Shown: positions 51,506 through 60,554 of the stretch, piece after piece | How the letters are laid out: each line of letters begins with the position of its first letter | Numbering within the stretch: position 1 is the first letter of the stretch | Virus record (IMG/VR): IMGVR_UViG_3300044825_003205 | Coordinates: 62,001-126,000 of that record | Strand: one strand, 5' to 3' | Origin: an uncultured virus (IMG/VR IMGVR_UViG_3300044825_003205) | Taxonomy: Duplodnaviria > Heunggongvirae > Uroviricota > Caudoviricetes | DNA length: 64,000 bases | Notes under the pieces: model-generated | What the model was told of the DNA's origin: nothing | What the model saw: only the letters and a program-made list of their open reading frames with translations | Databases searched by the model: none | Program-made: the position numbers and the translations under genes

Positions 51506-53074
51506 TTATTTTAGTTTACTCATTAAGTCCTTTATTCTTAAGAATTGAGGAGCTTCGTAAGTTTTGTTTTCAATAAGTGTTGTTGAAGACCCTGTCTGTA
51601 CATTTTGTACTAACTTATTCTCAACTGTCTCATTGATTGATTTTGTTTCAGTCTGAGTCAACTCATCTTTAACCGCTCTGTAGAGAGACTTTGATTCTTT
51701 TAAAGATTGAACGTTATCAAACCTTCTCAAAATATTTATCTTTTCCTTTTTAGTTGTTGAGTGTTCAGTAAAGATTCTAGTTGCATATGCTAAATTAGAG
51801 TTGAATATTGCCACTTCGTTCAATTTTTCTCTGAAGACATTTAGAGCCTTTCTATATTCTTCATTCTTCTCTCTCAAAGCAACAACTTCAGTTTCTAAAG
51901 ATTCGTTCTTTAAATTCCTATTGTTAGTAATTCCTTTTCTCAAACCTTTAGGTCCAAATGCATAACCTCTAGCAGCTTCTTTAGTTTCAACCTTTTTTAC
52001 TACTTTGGATTTTGCTTCCATGTTTTCACCTTTCTTGTATTCGAACTTAGCTTTTCCAGTCCCCATTGTTTTAGGACCTTCTTTTTTGTCTTCTTTAAAT
52101 CCACCTGAAACTTTGTTCTTATAAGTGAATTTAGGACCAGAGCCAATTCCAACACCTTTAGGTTTTATGGATTTTTTACCTTCTTTCGTTTCTTTTTTCT
52201 TAGCCTTTTTGTGACTATATGATTCCATCATTTCATCTTCATCATCAGATTCCATCATTTCGTCTTCATCATCAGATTCCATCATTTCATCTTCATCATC
52301 AGATTCCATCATTTCATCTTCATCATCAGATTCCATCATTTCATCTTCATTATCAGATTCCATCATTTCATCTTCATCATCAGATTCCATCATTTCATCT
52401 TCATCATCAGATGACATGTCTAAGTCAACATCAGATTCCATCATTTCGTCTTCATCTTCTTCATTAAATTCAATTTCATAAACAACTTCTTCATCATCAA
52501 CATCCATTTCAACATCAGATTCTAAATCTGACATGTTTGGTTCGTCAGAGAAAATAGCGTCAATTACGTCTTGAACTTTATCATCAGATACTTCTTCGTT
52601 ATATTCCATAGTTTCGTGGTTTTCTTCATAGGATTCTCCTAATTTTATAAGATACTCTGCATCTTGTTCGTTGTCTTTGAGATGAACCATTTCATCATCT
52701 TTTTTTACAATGATTCCATCGTCTTCACCCATAGCTTTAAATACTCTAAGTATTTCTTCGTCAGATGCAGATGTCAAATCAATTGGTTCTTCCATGTCAG
52801 AATCTCCACTTGCGTCAAAATCAACTTCAACATCTTCTTCACCCTCTTCATCATCGGATGACATGTCTAAGTCAACATCAACTTCCTCCTCGGAATCAAC
52901 ATTGTCAGTGTCTAACTCATCTTCGTCTTGTTCAGATAAAGACTCTTTTACTAATTGGCTGATTTCTTCCTTCATAGTAGAAGCAAGTATTCCTTTTGCA
53001 TTTTCGGCAATAACATCTTCAACATTTTTCATTTGGATGAGTGCCTCTTCAACAAGATTTTTGTTTTCTTGCAT
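51506..53074 (-). CDS. prohead core scaffolding protein (gp22-like)
   Basis: Very acidic; lies between protease and MCP; C-terminal coiled coil LNEVAIFNSNLAY. Start moved to ATG 53074 after the late motif. Confidence 0.75.
   Translation of the reverse strand: MQENKNLVEEALIQMKNVEDVIAENAKGILASTMKEEISQLVKESLSEQDEDELDTDNVDSEEEVDVDLDMSSDDEEGEEDVEVDFDASGDSDMEEPIDLTSASDEEILRVFKAMGEDDGIIVKKDDEMVHLKDNEQDAEYLIKLGESYEENHETMEYNEEVSDDKVQDVIDAIFSDEPNMSDLESDVEMDVDDEEVVYEIEFNEEDEDEMMESDVDLDMSSDDEDEMMESDDEDEMMESDNEDEMMESDDEDEMMESDDEDEMMESDDEDEMMESDDEDEMMESYSHKKAKKKETKEGKKSIKPKGVGIGSGPKFTYKNKVSGGFKEDKKEGPKTMGTGKAKFEYKKGENMEAKSKVVKKVETKEAARGYAFGPKGLRKGITNNRNLKNESLETEVVALREKNEEYRKALNVFREKLNEVAIFNSNLAYATRIFTEHSTTKKEKINILRRFDNVQSLKESKSLYRAVKDELTQTETKSINETVENKLVQNVQTGSSTTLIENKTYEAPQFLRIKDLMSKLK
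52221..52409. repeat. 7 x 27-bp tandem repeat encoding DDEDEMMES
   Basis: Unit gattccatcatttcatcttcatcatca, nearly perfect copies. Confidence 0.95.
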
Positions 53075-53168
53075 AATTTTGATAATTTTATTCAATAAAT
53101 AGTATCAAATAGAAAAAAAGTTTTGATTATCTATCAGAAATTCAAACTTTTATGTTTATGCAAAAAAA

Positions 53169-53190
53169 AAGTGGTCGAATTTGACCACTT
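53169..53190 (-). terminator. intrinsic terminator
   Basis: AAGTGGTC-GAATTT-GACCACTT with a long T-run on the minus strand. Confidence 0.75.
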
Positions 53191-53200
53191 TAAAATTTTT

Positions 53201-53413
53201 TTAATCTTCTACAACCTCGTCTATTTTACTTTCGGAAACTGAAGTTATTCTCCAATCGTATGAAAAATTTTTATAAAGTTTTGTAACCTTAGCTTCAATA
53301 TCAGTGACAGTATATCCTTTCACTAATTTTTCTTCTCTGATTTTTTTAATTTTACCACTATTCTCATCAGGTAAATCATAAGTGACTTTTGCCACAAAAT
53401 ATTTTTCGTTCAT
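53201..53413 (-). CDS. DUF4494-like small protein (Bacteroidota-associated family)
   Basis: YF.AKV.Y.....GKIKK..E..LV....T..EA.V........W.I.SV..SKI.EV pattern. Confidence 0.65.
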   Translation of the reverse strand: MNEKYFVAKVTYDLPDENSGKIKKIREEKLVKGYTVTDIEAKVTKLYKNFSYDWRITSVSESKIDEVVED

Positions 53414-53419
53414 GTTTAA

Positions 53420-54142
53420 TTATTTTGATAAATAATCGGATAATTTTTTCATTAAATCAATAGACTGGTTTACACTTGGAGCCGAAGCAATTTTATTCTT
53501 TTTTTCCTCCTCCAAATTTTCTTCATACTTTTCTCTCTCAGTTACGTCGTCAAAGAGGTAAGCTCCTGGTGTGGAAGGTGATGAAACCAAATCGAAACAA
53601 ATTAATTCAAAATCTTCTTGCACTTCATTTCTTTCACCTACTTTTTTTAAAGACCCTACTCCTCTTGAGGAAATTCCTAAAGTCACCCCTTGTCTTAATA
53701 GATTTGCTGCAATGTCTCCTTTGGTTGTTACTACACCTCTTTCATGAAACCCTGGTGAAGTAAGTAATTTTAGTTTACCCATTAGGATATTTCTATCCCA
53801 CCATATGTCTGTGATTAAATGCGATACTCTATCTAAGTCTATCAAAGAAGATTCAGGATGATTAAGTTCAGAAGTTGAAAGTCCTTTCTTAATTATTTGT
53901 TTATACTTCTCGGCTTCTCTTTTGAGTATTGGTTCAGGATATGTTCTACCATTTCTATTTGGTGTATTATATTTCTGTAATACTGCATAAAATTCAAAAG
54001 GGTTTCTATAATCTACATTCTTAGACTCATTCATAAACTTGAGGTTTATATCATCCAACGGAGATATATAACCTGCGTCCATTTCAACCAAAATTCCAAA
54101 CCCTTGTTCGTGTGCTTCTAATATTCTGAGTTTTTTTTCCAT
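53420..54142 (-). CDS. prohead core protease (T4 gp21-like)
   Basis: PNRNGRTYP, ELNHP, SH.I, LGISSRGVGSL and FDLVSSPSTPGAY. Confidence 0.93.
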   Translation of the reverse strand: MEKKLRILEAHEQGFGILVEMDAGYISPLDDINLKFMNESKNVDYRNPFEFYAVLQKYNTPNRNGRTYPEPILKREAEKYKQIIKKGLSTSELNHPESSLIDLDRVSHLITDIWWDRNILMGKLKLLTSPGFHERGVVTTKGDIAANLLRQGVTLGISSRGVGSLKKVGERNEVQEDFELICFDLVSSPSTPGAYLFDDVTEREKYEENLEEEKKNKIASAPSVNQSIDLMKKLSDYLSK

Positions 54143-54178
54143 TAACTTTTTTAAATAAATATTTGTTTTAAGTAATAC

Positions 54179-54607
54179 TTACTTTTTCGTCAAAGAAAAA
54201 TCGAAATACTGATTGTCCAAGATATTAGTTTTTTGAATGCTACGAACAATTCTTTTTACAGAATCTTTGATTTCATTAGACTTAAAATCAAGTTCTTTAT
54301 CCAAATAAAGATTAATTTCTAAATTGAAAAATGACTTTTTACCCGAAAAAATACCACTTGTTCTTAAGTCTAAATCTACAATTGAATTTTTACTAAATAA
54401 ATTCGTATTGATTGAATCGAATACTGTGTGTTTGAGTTCTCTACTTAAATTGCCAACAACTCTATTCCAATTTTCTAAGTCTTGTTTGGGTGAAACCCAT
54501 GATTGTATGTTAATGTAAAGTGATTTTAAGTTTTTGGAGTCTACCGTGCCATATGAAGATTTGAACGAGTTTGATAAATTCATCTTCACATTTTTTCCTT
54601 TTTTCAT
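54179..54607 (-). CDS. hypothetical protein
   Basis: 142 aa ORF (YGTVDSKNLKSLYINIQSWV) with its own sigma70-like promoter. Confidence 0.65.
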   Translation of the reverse strand: MKKGKNVKMNLSNSFKSSYGTVDSKNLKSLYINIQSWVSPKQDLENWNRVVGNLSRELKHTVFDSINTNLFSKNSIVDLDLRTSGIFSGKKSFFNLEINLYLDKELDFKSNEIKDSVKRIVRSIQKTNILDNQYFDFSLTKK

Positions 54608-54640
54608 CTATGAACCATATTTCCAAAGTTTATTTTTAAA

Positions 54641-54669
54641 AAGATAACATATAACTTTATCTATGTCAA
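54641..54669 (-). promoter_or_regulatory. sigma70-like promoter
   Basis: Minus strand reads TTGACA-17 nt-TATCTT upstream of the 54607 start. Confidence 0.5.
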
Positions 54670-54687
54670 AATTTTAAGAATAAACTA

Positions 54688-54695
54688 TATATTTG
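54688..54695 (+). promoter_or_regulatory. Bacteroidota-type -7 element (TAnnTTTG) upstream of bS21
   Basis: TATATTTG, 6 nt before the ATG. Confidence 0.5.
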
Positions 54696-54701
54696 TAATA
54701 T

Positions 54702-54887
54702 ATGTTGATAATAGAAATTAAAAATAATGGAGGGATAGAAAAAGCCCTGAAAACTTTGAAGTCCAAAGTAATTAAGACGAAGCAACAAAAATTACTCACG
54801 GAGAGAAAGGAGTATACTAAAAAGTCAGTCAAAGAAAGAAGTGAAAGACTCAAAGCGATATATGTTCAGAAAAAAAGAAACAATTAA
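54702..54887 (+). CDS. rpsU: 30S ribosomal protein bS21 (Bacteroidota-type)
   Basis: MLIIEIK....IEKALK.LK.KV.KT....L..RKEY.K.SV..R....KA.Y.Q. Confidence 0.9.
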   Translation: MLIIEIKNNGGIEKALKTLKSKVIKTKQQKLLTERKEYTKKSVKERSERLKAIYVQKKRNN

Positions 54888-55588
54888 ATTGATTCTTCAA
54901 GTTTTTTCAATCTCAAAAAATTAATTTGATTGAACTTGTCATTCTGGATTTTGTCTATTGTTTCTTGAATCTTTTGTTTAGTCTCCAAATCTGTCTCGTT
55001 TTCTAAAACAGGGGAAAGTTTTTGTAAAGTTTTTTCTTTTAATGAATTGAACCTACTTTCTAAAGATTCACTATCTTCTTTGATTAATTCAAAAAATTCC
55101 TTTTTTGTATTTTCATCTAAAGATTCAATGTAATTTTGTACTGTTTGATTAGCAACTCTAACCATCGTACTCAAAGGGATGTTGATTGGTTTCTGATTTT
55201 TAATCTCGGATTCGCTGAGTGTTTTGTAAAGTTTTTTCTTCAAATTAACTCTTTCAGTTAAGTCTATTTTCTTATTCAAATATACTAAGTCATCAATATC
55301 CTGATACCTATTTTGAATTTTGGTTTCGGTCATCAACTTAGGTAGTTTAATATGTTGTAGAAGTGATTGTATCATTTGTATTCCTTCGTTCACAAATTCT
55401 TTAGCGTCTTGTTCATTCAAACCTTTTGGATTCGACAACTCGTCATATAAAGAATATACTTTGGACAAATCTTTATTATTGAGAATATTCTGTTTGAATT
55501 CCATCAAACTTTTCTTGAAAGATTTTTCATCTTTATAAGATTCTATCAAACTATTTTCTATTACCGATTTAATGAGCCCAAAAGTCAT
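54884..55588 (-). CDS. hypothetical helical protein of the head module
   Basis: 234 aa ORF downstream of the portal gene; late motif upstream. Confidence 0.65.
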   Translation of the reverse strand: MTFGLIKSVIENSLIESYKDEKSFKKSLMEFKQNILNNKDLSKVYSLYDELSNPKGLNEQDAKEFVNEGIQMIQSLLQHIKLPKLMTETKIQNRYQDIDDLVYLNKKIDLTERVNLKKKLYKTLSESEIKNQKPINIPLSTMVRVANQTVQNYIESLDENTKKEFFELIKEDSESLESRFNSLKEKTLQKLSPVLENETDLETKQKIQETIDKIQNDKFNQINFLRLKKLEESI

Positions 55589-55612
55589 ATATTTGTGATT
55601 TGAATATAAATA

Positions 55613-57442
55613 TTACGAATTTAATAACTTATCTAATTCTTTTTCGATTTCACCTAAAGAATCTTGTCCTTGGTTAAGTTCAAGGTAAGTATCACCCTTG
55701 AAAATGTTATTTTCTACTAAAATATTCATTCTCTCATCTTGTCCCTCAGGTGTCACCCCAGCAGGAGCGGTAATCTCGCCTTCAGGTTGTGGTTCAGGTG
55801 CTGGTGGTATAGTTGGTTCTTCCGTTCCCGCAAATGCCCCACCTAATTCAGGTGCCGCACCTGCAGTTGCCGCGGTTGATGTATTTCCACTTGATTGTGA
55901 ATACAACTTATCAATAGTGTCAAATAATCCAGTTTTACTTATTACTGTTGGTGTTTGTTTGAGTTCTTCACCAATAGCTCTTTCCAATCTTTGTTGCATC
56001 AAATCTACTTTGATTTCTTCGTCAGACCAACCAAATATATGTTTTTTTGCCCATGTACTAGATGTTGGCTGAATTCCATTTCCTGGGTCTAAAACCAAGT
56101 CTTTATACAAAAGAACTTTTTCTTTCCAAACATCTATCTTTAATAAATCAGCTTGTGTAGAAGGATTAGTCAATCCAAGTGTAAAATTAGAAATTTCATC
56201 TTCGAACCCCAAAAGAAACAAATGAATGATTGCAATCTTGTTCAATTCCTGAATCATGCATTTTTGAATTCTGTTGATTGTTCTTGCAAAACGAATGTCT
56301 TGAAGTGACAAGTTTTTACCATCACCCACTACTTGTTCAAATCCCAAGAAAGCCTTTGGAACACGAAGAGCTGTCAAAAGTTTTTTCTGAATATATTCAA
56401 TATCGGCAATTTCTGACAGGTTTTGTGCACCAGCCAAAGTTTCAATTGGACTTGGGGATGCAGGGTCTCTTACAGGGACAAAATAATCTTGGTCTACCGC
56501 CATTTGATTAAACCTTAAATCTACGTTACCTGTTTTGGAATCAACGATTTGTTGTCTTTTGAATTTATCAGCAACACGATTTACATATGCCTCAACATCA
56601 TTATCATCCATATTTCCCACAAAAATCTTAAAAATTCTTCTTTCAGGTGCTCGTGATGTTCTATAAATCATCATTGCGTCTTCAGATAAAAGCAGTTGTT
56701 TCCAAATTCTCCTAGCCTTCTCTAACATCGATGTTCCGTAGGGAAGTTTCCTATCATCACCAAGTAATCTAAAGTGACCAACTTCCCACGTTTGAAAAAC
56801 CATATTTTTAGATTTCCATTCAAAAGTCAAAGCTTTCTTTGCTTCGGACTTTCCTAAATTGACAGCATTTTTATCGGTAACCCCGATTTCATGTCTTTCA
56901 ATTTCTATGTTTGGTAATTGTTGACATCCTACAATACCCTTTTCAGGGTCTAATTTAAGATAAATAAAATTATCACCGAACTTACAAGTATTTCTTGTCC
57001 ACATCGGTAAATTTGTGTTGATATCGAGTGTATTATTGAACAAATCTGCCAAAACCGCTTTTATTCTTTTCGATTCAGAATAAATTTGTAACATAAACCC
57101 ATCTTCATTTACCGTAGTAGATTCCTCGGCATATATGTCCAAAGCCGCAGATATTTCTGGCGTATACTCCATGGACTCATAATCATACGTAGCCGAAAGT
57201 CTTGAAGGTTCGTAAAATATTGCTTGAGTATATAGATTGTTTTCAACTTTAGCCCATTGATTTGCAATATAATAAGTTTGTTGAGCTTGTAGTTTTTCTC
57301 TTTCGTATTCTCCTCTATCTTGTGTTCTTAATAATTCTTTTTTGTCGAATTTAAAAGTTGGGTAATCCTGGCCCAAAAGAGAATTTGGACCAAACGCTTT
57401 ACCTAATCTTTGCCAAATCGTCAGATTGTTATTTTCCGCCAT
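55613..57442 (-). CDS. portal protein (T4 gp20-like)
   Basis: PEISAALDIYAEE, PYGTSMLE.AR..WKQL.L.EDAM.IYR.SRAPERR.F.I.VGN and ALRVPK.FL. Confidence 0.95.
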   Translation of the reverse strand: MAENNNLTIWQRLGKAFGPNSLLGQDYPTFKFDKKELLRTQDRGEYEREKLQAQQTYYIANQWAKVENNLYTQAIFYEPSRLSATYDYESMEYTPEISAALDIYAEESTTVNEDGFMLQIYSESKRIKAVLADLFNNTLDINTNLPMWTRNTCKFGDNFIYLKLDPEKGIVGCQQLPNIEIERHEIGVTDKNAVNLGKSEAKKALTFEWKSKNMVFQTWEVGHFRLLGDDRKLPYGTSMLEKARRIWKQLLLSEDAMMIYRTSRAPERRIFKIFVGNMDDNDVEAYVNRVADKFKRQQIVDSKTGNVDLRFNQMAVDQDYFVPVRDPASPSPIETLAGAQNLSEIADIEYIQKKLLTALRVPKAFLGFEQVVGDGKNLSLQDIRFARTINRIQKCMIQELNKIAIIHLFLLGFEDEISNFTLGLTNPSTQADLLKIDVWKEKVLLYKDLVLDPGNGIQPTSSTWAKKHIFGWSDEEIKVDLMQQRLERAIGEELKQTPTVISKTGLFDTIDKLYSQSSGNTSTAATAGAAPELGGAFAGTEEPTIPPAPEPQPEGEITAPAGVTPEGQDERMNILVENNIFKGDTYLELNQGQDSLGEIEKELDKLLNS

Positions 57443-57482
57443 TTTACAATTTTAGTTTTACCTATTGATAATATAAATAGTT

Positions 57483-59240
57483 CTAATTAGTAAACAACCA
57501 TCTATATTTCTCATAGTCATCTCTCGACGGTCCTTGGTTTGGAAAATGTTGTCTTTTTTGGTCTGTTTGAGGCATCATTGGATTGAAAAATTGTGATGAG
57601 TTTTTGTTCTCATTTATCGAAGTTGCCCAAGAATCAATCATTGCCTTTGTATGATTCAAATTTTTTGTAAGTTTTTGAAAAGATTTTTCTGCAACATATG
57701 TTGCCATAGATATGCCCATAATACAATCGTCATGATGTCCCTTTTGATGGTCAGGTCTTCCATTAATATAAACAAAAGTATTCATTTCGTTATATAATCT
57801 GTGAGACCTAACTTTAAATCCATGTCGAACATTTTCTTCGAATGACGCAATAATTTGTACTCTTTTACTATTGAAATTTATTCCAGGAATTTTCTCATTT
57901 ATCTTTGGGTCCCATTTCCACTTGTTTGCGGTATCCACCGTATCAACATACAGTCCTTTGTAGTTCAATTCTTGTAATTTTCTTGCCGTTGCCACTCCCA
58001 TACCACCTGTAAGGTCAACAACACAAAATGCGTCATACATGGTTCCCCACTTATACGCTATTTCAGCAACAACATCTGGTGGTACTTTAGCAACGTATTC
58101 TAAAACTTGTTCATTCTCATCAAAATCGATAATTTCTATACAAGAAAAATCTTCTGAGTCCCCTCTCGATACATCTACACCCATAATGTACTTGTGTCCG
58201 ACAACAGGTTCTTTCCAAATCCATAGAGCTCCACCCATCAGTTTAGCTCCGGGTTCTTGGAGTGTATTTTGTGCAATATTTTGAAGTATTTCAGATTCAA
58301 AGACGTTATCACCTGAACCCAAAAAGTTACACTCTAATTCCTGAGCAACTTTTCTTCTATCATACTTCAATTTTTTTACCATCCCCTCAAACCAAGAAGA
58401 ACATGGTTTATATCCTTGTTTAATGTAATCTGTGACAACAGAATGGTCACGTTCATAAGGGTTTGCAACTGAAAGACTTATGACAGCATCTGTTGAATAT
58501 TCTTCTTTGTTTAGTAAAAAATGAACCAAATCATTCGTTTTGACCATGTACAAATCTTTTGTATACCTTGGGTCACGATACCAAAACATCTCAGATATTT
58601 TGAAATCGTTCATACTTCTCAAGGCTTGGTCATATATTTCATAGTAAATCGGGTCATACCCGTTTGGTGTAGAAACAACAATAACTTTACCACCTGTAGA
58701 AAGTGATGCCATACATGCCGACCAAAAATCACCGTCAGCGTCTATGAACGCAGCTTCATCAAAAATAAGAATTGTTGGAGTATAACCTCTTAAAGCATCC
58801 TTTGATGTTGCGACCGCTTTTACCTCACAATCATTTGTTAGTTTGAAATGTCTTTGAGAATTTTTTTCTTGTGAAAAACCAACACCAACCCAATTAGGCC
58901 ACTGTTCTGTAAATGACCTAATTTTGTTAGCCATTTCCATAGAAGTATCCAACTTGTTTGCAATTATGAGAACCTTTTCAGGTTTTTGTTTTTTTGCAAA
59001 AACTAATTTTTTTGATGCCCAAGCAGCAGTAACTGTAGAAACGCCTGCCTGTCTATATTTGAGGGCAATGTTTTCGTTAAAATTTTCGTAGTCTTCTATT
59101 AATGAAACTTGGTCAGGAAATAAATCTAAAGGGACATACTTAGAAACCGTGTTATCATAGGTTTGTAAGTATGTCCTTAATGCGTATGGCGTATTTCTGA
59201 TACATTTAGTAACCTCAATAATTAATTGTTCTTTGGTCAC
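57483..59240 (-). CDS. terminase large subunit
   Basis: LKYRQAGVST (Walker A), IFDEAAF (Walker B), STPNG, QE.EC.F, MGVDVSRG and HDDCIM. Confidence 0.95.
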   Translation of the reverse strand: MTKEQLIIEVTKCIRNTPYALRTYLQTYDNTVSKYVPLDLFPDQVSLIEDYENFNENIALKYRQAGVSTVTAAWASKKLVFAKKQKPEKVLIIANKLDTSMEMANKIRSFTEQWPNWVGVGFSQEKNSQRHFKLTNDCEVKAVATSKDALRGYTPTILIFDEAAFIDADGDFWSACMASLSTGGKVIVVSTPNGYDPIYYEIYDQALRSMNDFKISEMFWYRDPRYTKDLYMVKTNDLVHFLLNKEEYSTDAVISLSVANPYERDHSVVTDYIKQGYKPCSSWFEGMVKKLKYDRRKVAQELECNFLGSGDNVFESEILQNIAQNTLQEPGAKLMGGALWIWKEPVVGHKYIMGVDVSRGDSEDFSCIEIIDFDENEQVLEYVAKVPPDVVAEIAYKWGTMYDAFCVVDLTGGMGVATARKLQELNYKGLYVDTVDTANKWKWDPKINEKIPGINFNSKRVQIIASFEENVRHGFKVRSHRLYNEMNTFVYINGRPDHQKGHHDDCIMGISMATYVAEKSFQKLTKNLNHTKAMIDSWATSINENKNSSQFFNPMMPQTDQKRQHFPNQGPSRDDYEKYRWLFTN

Positions 59241-59249
59241 AATTTTTTT

Positions 59250-60554
59250 TTAAGTTAGGGATATTCCCAATCCACCCAAGAAATCTTTTAAGTCGTCATC
59301 GTCAACGTCATCAGAGTTAGGTTCTTCTCCCTTACTTTTTTTATAAGAATCATACTCTTCTTTCATTTTCATAGCCTCTTTCATCAACTCTTCAAATCTT
59401 CTTGTGGCTTTTTTATTTTTTGATTCATCAGCAGAAATTACGTCACCAATTAAATTCAAGAATTCCTTAGCATTTATTTTGTATAATTCTACCTTGAACC
59501 AATTTATTAATCCTTTATTTGAATCATTGAACATCTCATCAGGTAACACCATTCTAAGTTTTTCAACTATTTCTGGACCTATCCTGAGTTGCATTGGTTC
59601 GTTCGATAATAAATCTGTCTGACCCATTACTTTTTGTGCCAACTCGGTATCTTGAGGTAAACCATGTCTTCCTGCAGACTCTTCAATACCTTTGATAATC
59701 TCATGACAAAGAATAGGGAAAATTAAACCATCTGCAACAATTTTTGTATCAGGTTTTTCCTCACCTTCATCACCACCGCCTTCTTCATCATCTGAATCAT
59801 TGTCTTGTAGTTCAACTTTACCAGCAACACCATTTCCAGTTTGGCTCATCATTTCAATCATTTGTTCCATAGTGAAATAAAGGAAATCATTGATTGCCAT
59901 AATACCCAAATAAGCAGGATATAATCTTGTATCAATTCTATCTAATTCTGCTCTTATTTCAGGTTTTTGAAATATATAATGACCTTTTTTAGCTGCTCCT
60001 TGGATGATGGCATTTATTATATTTCTTTTGTGTTTTTCTAATTCAAATATTTCTTCGTCTGTCAAATCCTCAACCTCAAATGAAGGAATTTGTAATTTAT
60101 TTTCTTCATCATCATCTTCATCTTCCTTTTCTTCTTCAGGTTGGTATCTGAAGTTAGAAACATCAATTGGTTGCCTATTCAACCTTGCAACTATCTCATA
60201 CCAATCACTTGGGACTTCAGTTTCTTCTAAACACGCCTCTATCGCCAAGTTTTCCAATTCTTCCCTATGTCTGCCCTCAATTTGCATTATCGTTGGTACT
60301 TTAGACATCATCTCTCTATAAATCATTGCTTGGACCTGTTGCGAACTAATATTTTGATTTCCTGTAACCTCTTTCAACTTATCAGCAACTTTACCAAATC
60401 TTGAACTTACTAATCTTTGTACATCATCGGAACCCTTTTTGAATGAAGGATTGTCCGAATAAATGTTTTCACCTGACCTCAACTTTCTTTCTAAATTAGG
60501 GTCCATTCTTTCAGGTCTATTTCCGTAATCTATTTGTTCTTTTATTTTAGCCAT
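59250..60554 (-). CDS. conserved-looking hypothetical protein
   Basis: 434 aa ORF with KRNIINAIIQGAAKKGHY and FPILCHEIIKG. Confidence 0.65.
   Translation of the reverse strand: MAKIKEQIDYGNRPERMDPNLERKLRSGENIYSDNPSFKKGSDDVQRLVSSRFGKVADKLKEVTGNQNISSQQVQAMIYREMMSKVPTIMQIEGRHREELENLAIEACLEETEVPSDWYEIVARLNRQPIDVSNFRYQPEEEKEDEDDDEENKLQIPSFEVEDLTDEEIFELEKHKRNIINAIIQGAAKKGHYIFQKPEIRAELDRIDTRLYPAYLGIMAINDFLYFTMEQMIEMMSQTGNGVAGKVELQDNDSDDEEGGGDEGEEKPDTKIVADGLIFPILCHEIIKGIEESAGRHGLPQDTELAQKVMGQTDLLSNEPMQLRIGPEIVEKLRMVLPDEMFNDSNKGLINWFKVELYKINAKEFLNLIGDVISADESKNKKATRRFEELMKEAMKMKEEYDSYKKSKGEEPNSDDVDDDDLKDFLGGLGISLT

Noticed and set aside
52219..52467. 27-bp repeat array as a CRISPR, or a His-rich ORF (HLHHQIPSF)
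   Set aside because: Head-to-tail repeats with no spacers, in frame within the scaffold gene; no cas genes.
53116..53151. Imperfect inverted repeat upstream of the scaffold late motif
   Set aside because: AT-rich and mismatched; cannot be told from chance.
2627..59240. Inteins, group I introns or homing endonucleases in polB, terL, portal or MCP
   Set aside because: ORFs are uninterrupted, with no intein C/HN ends or LAGLIDADG/HNH/GIY-YIG motifs seen.
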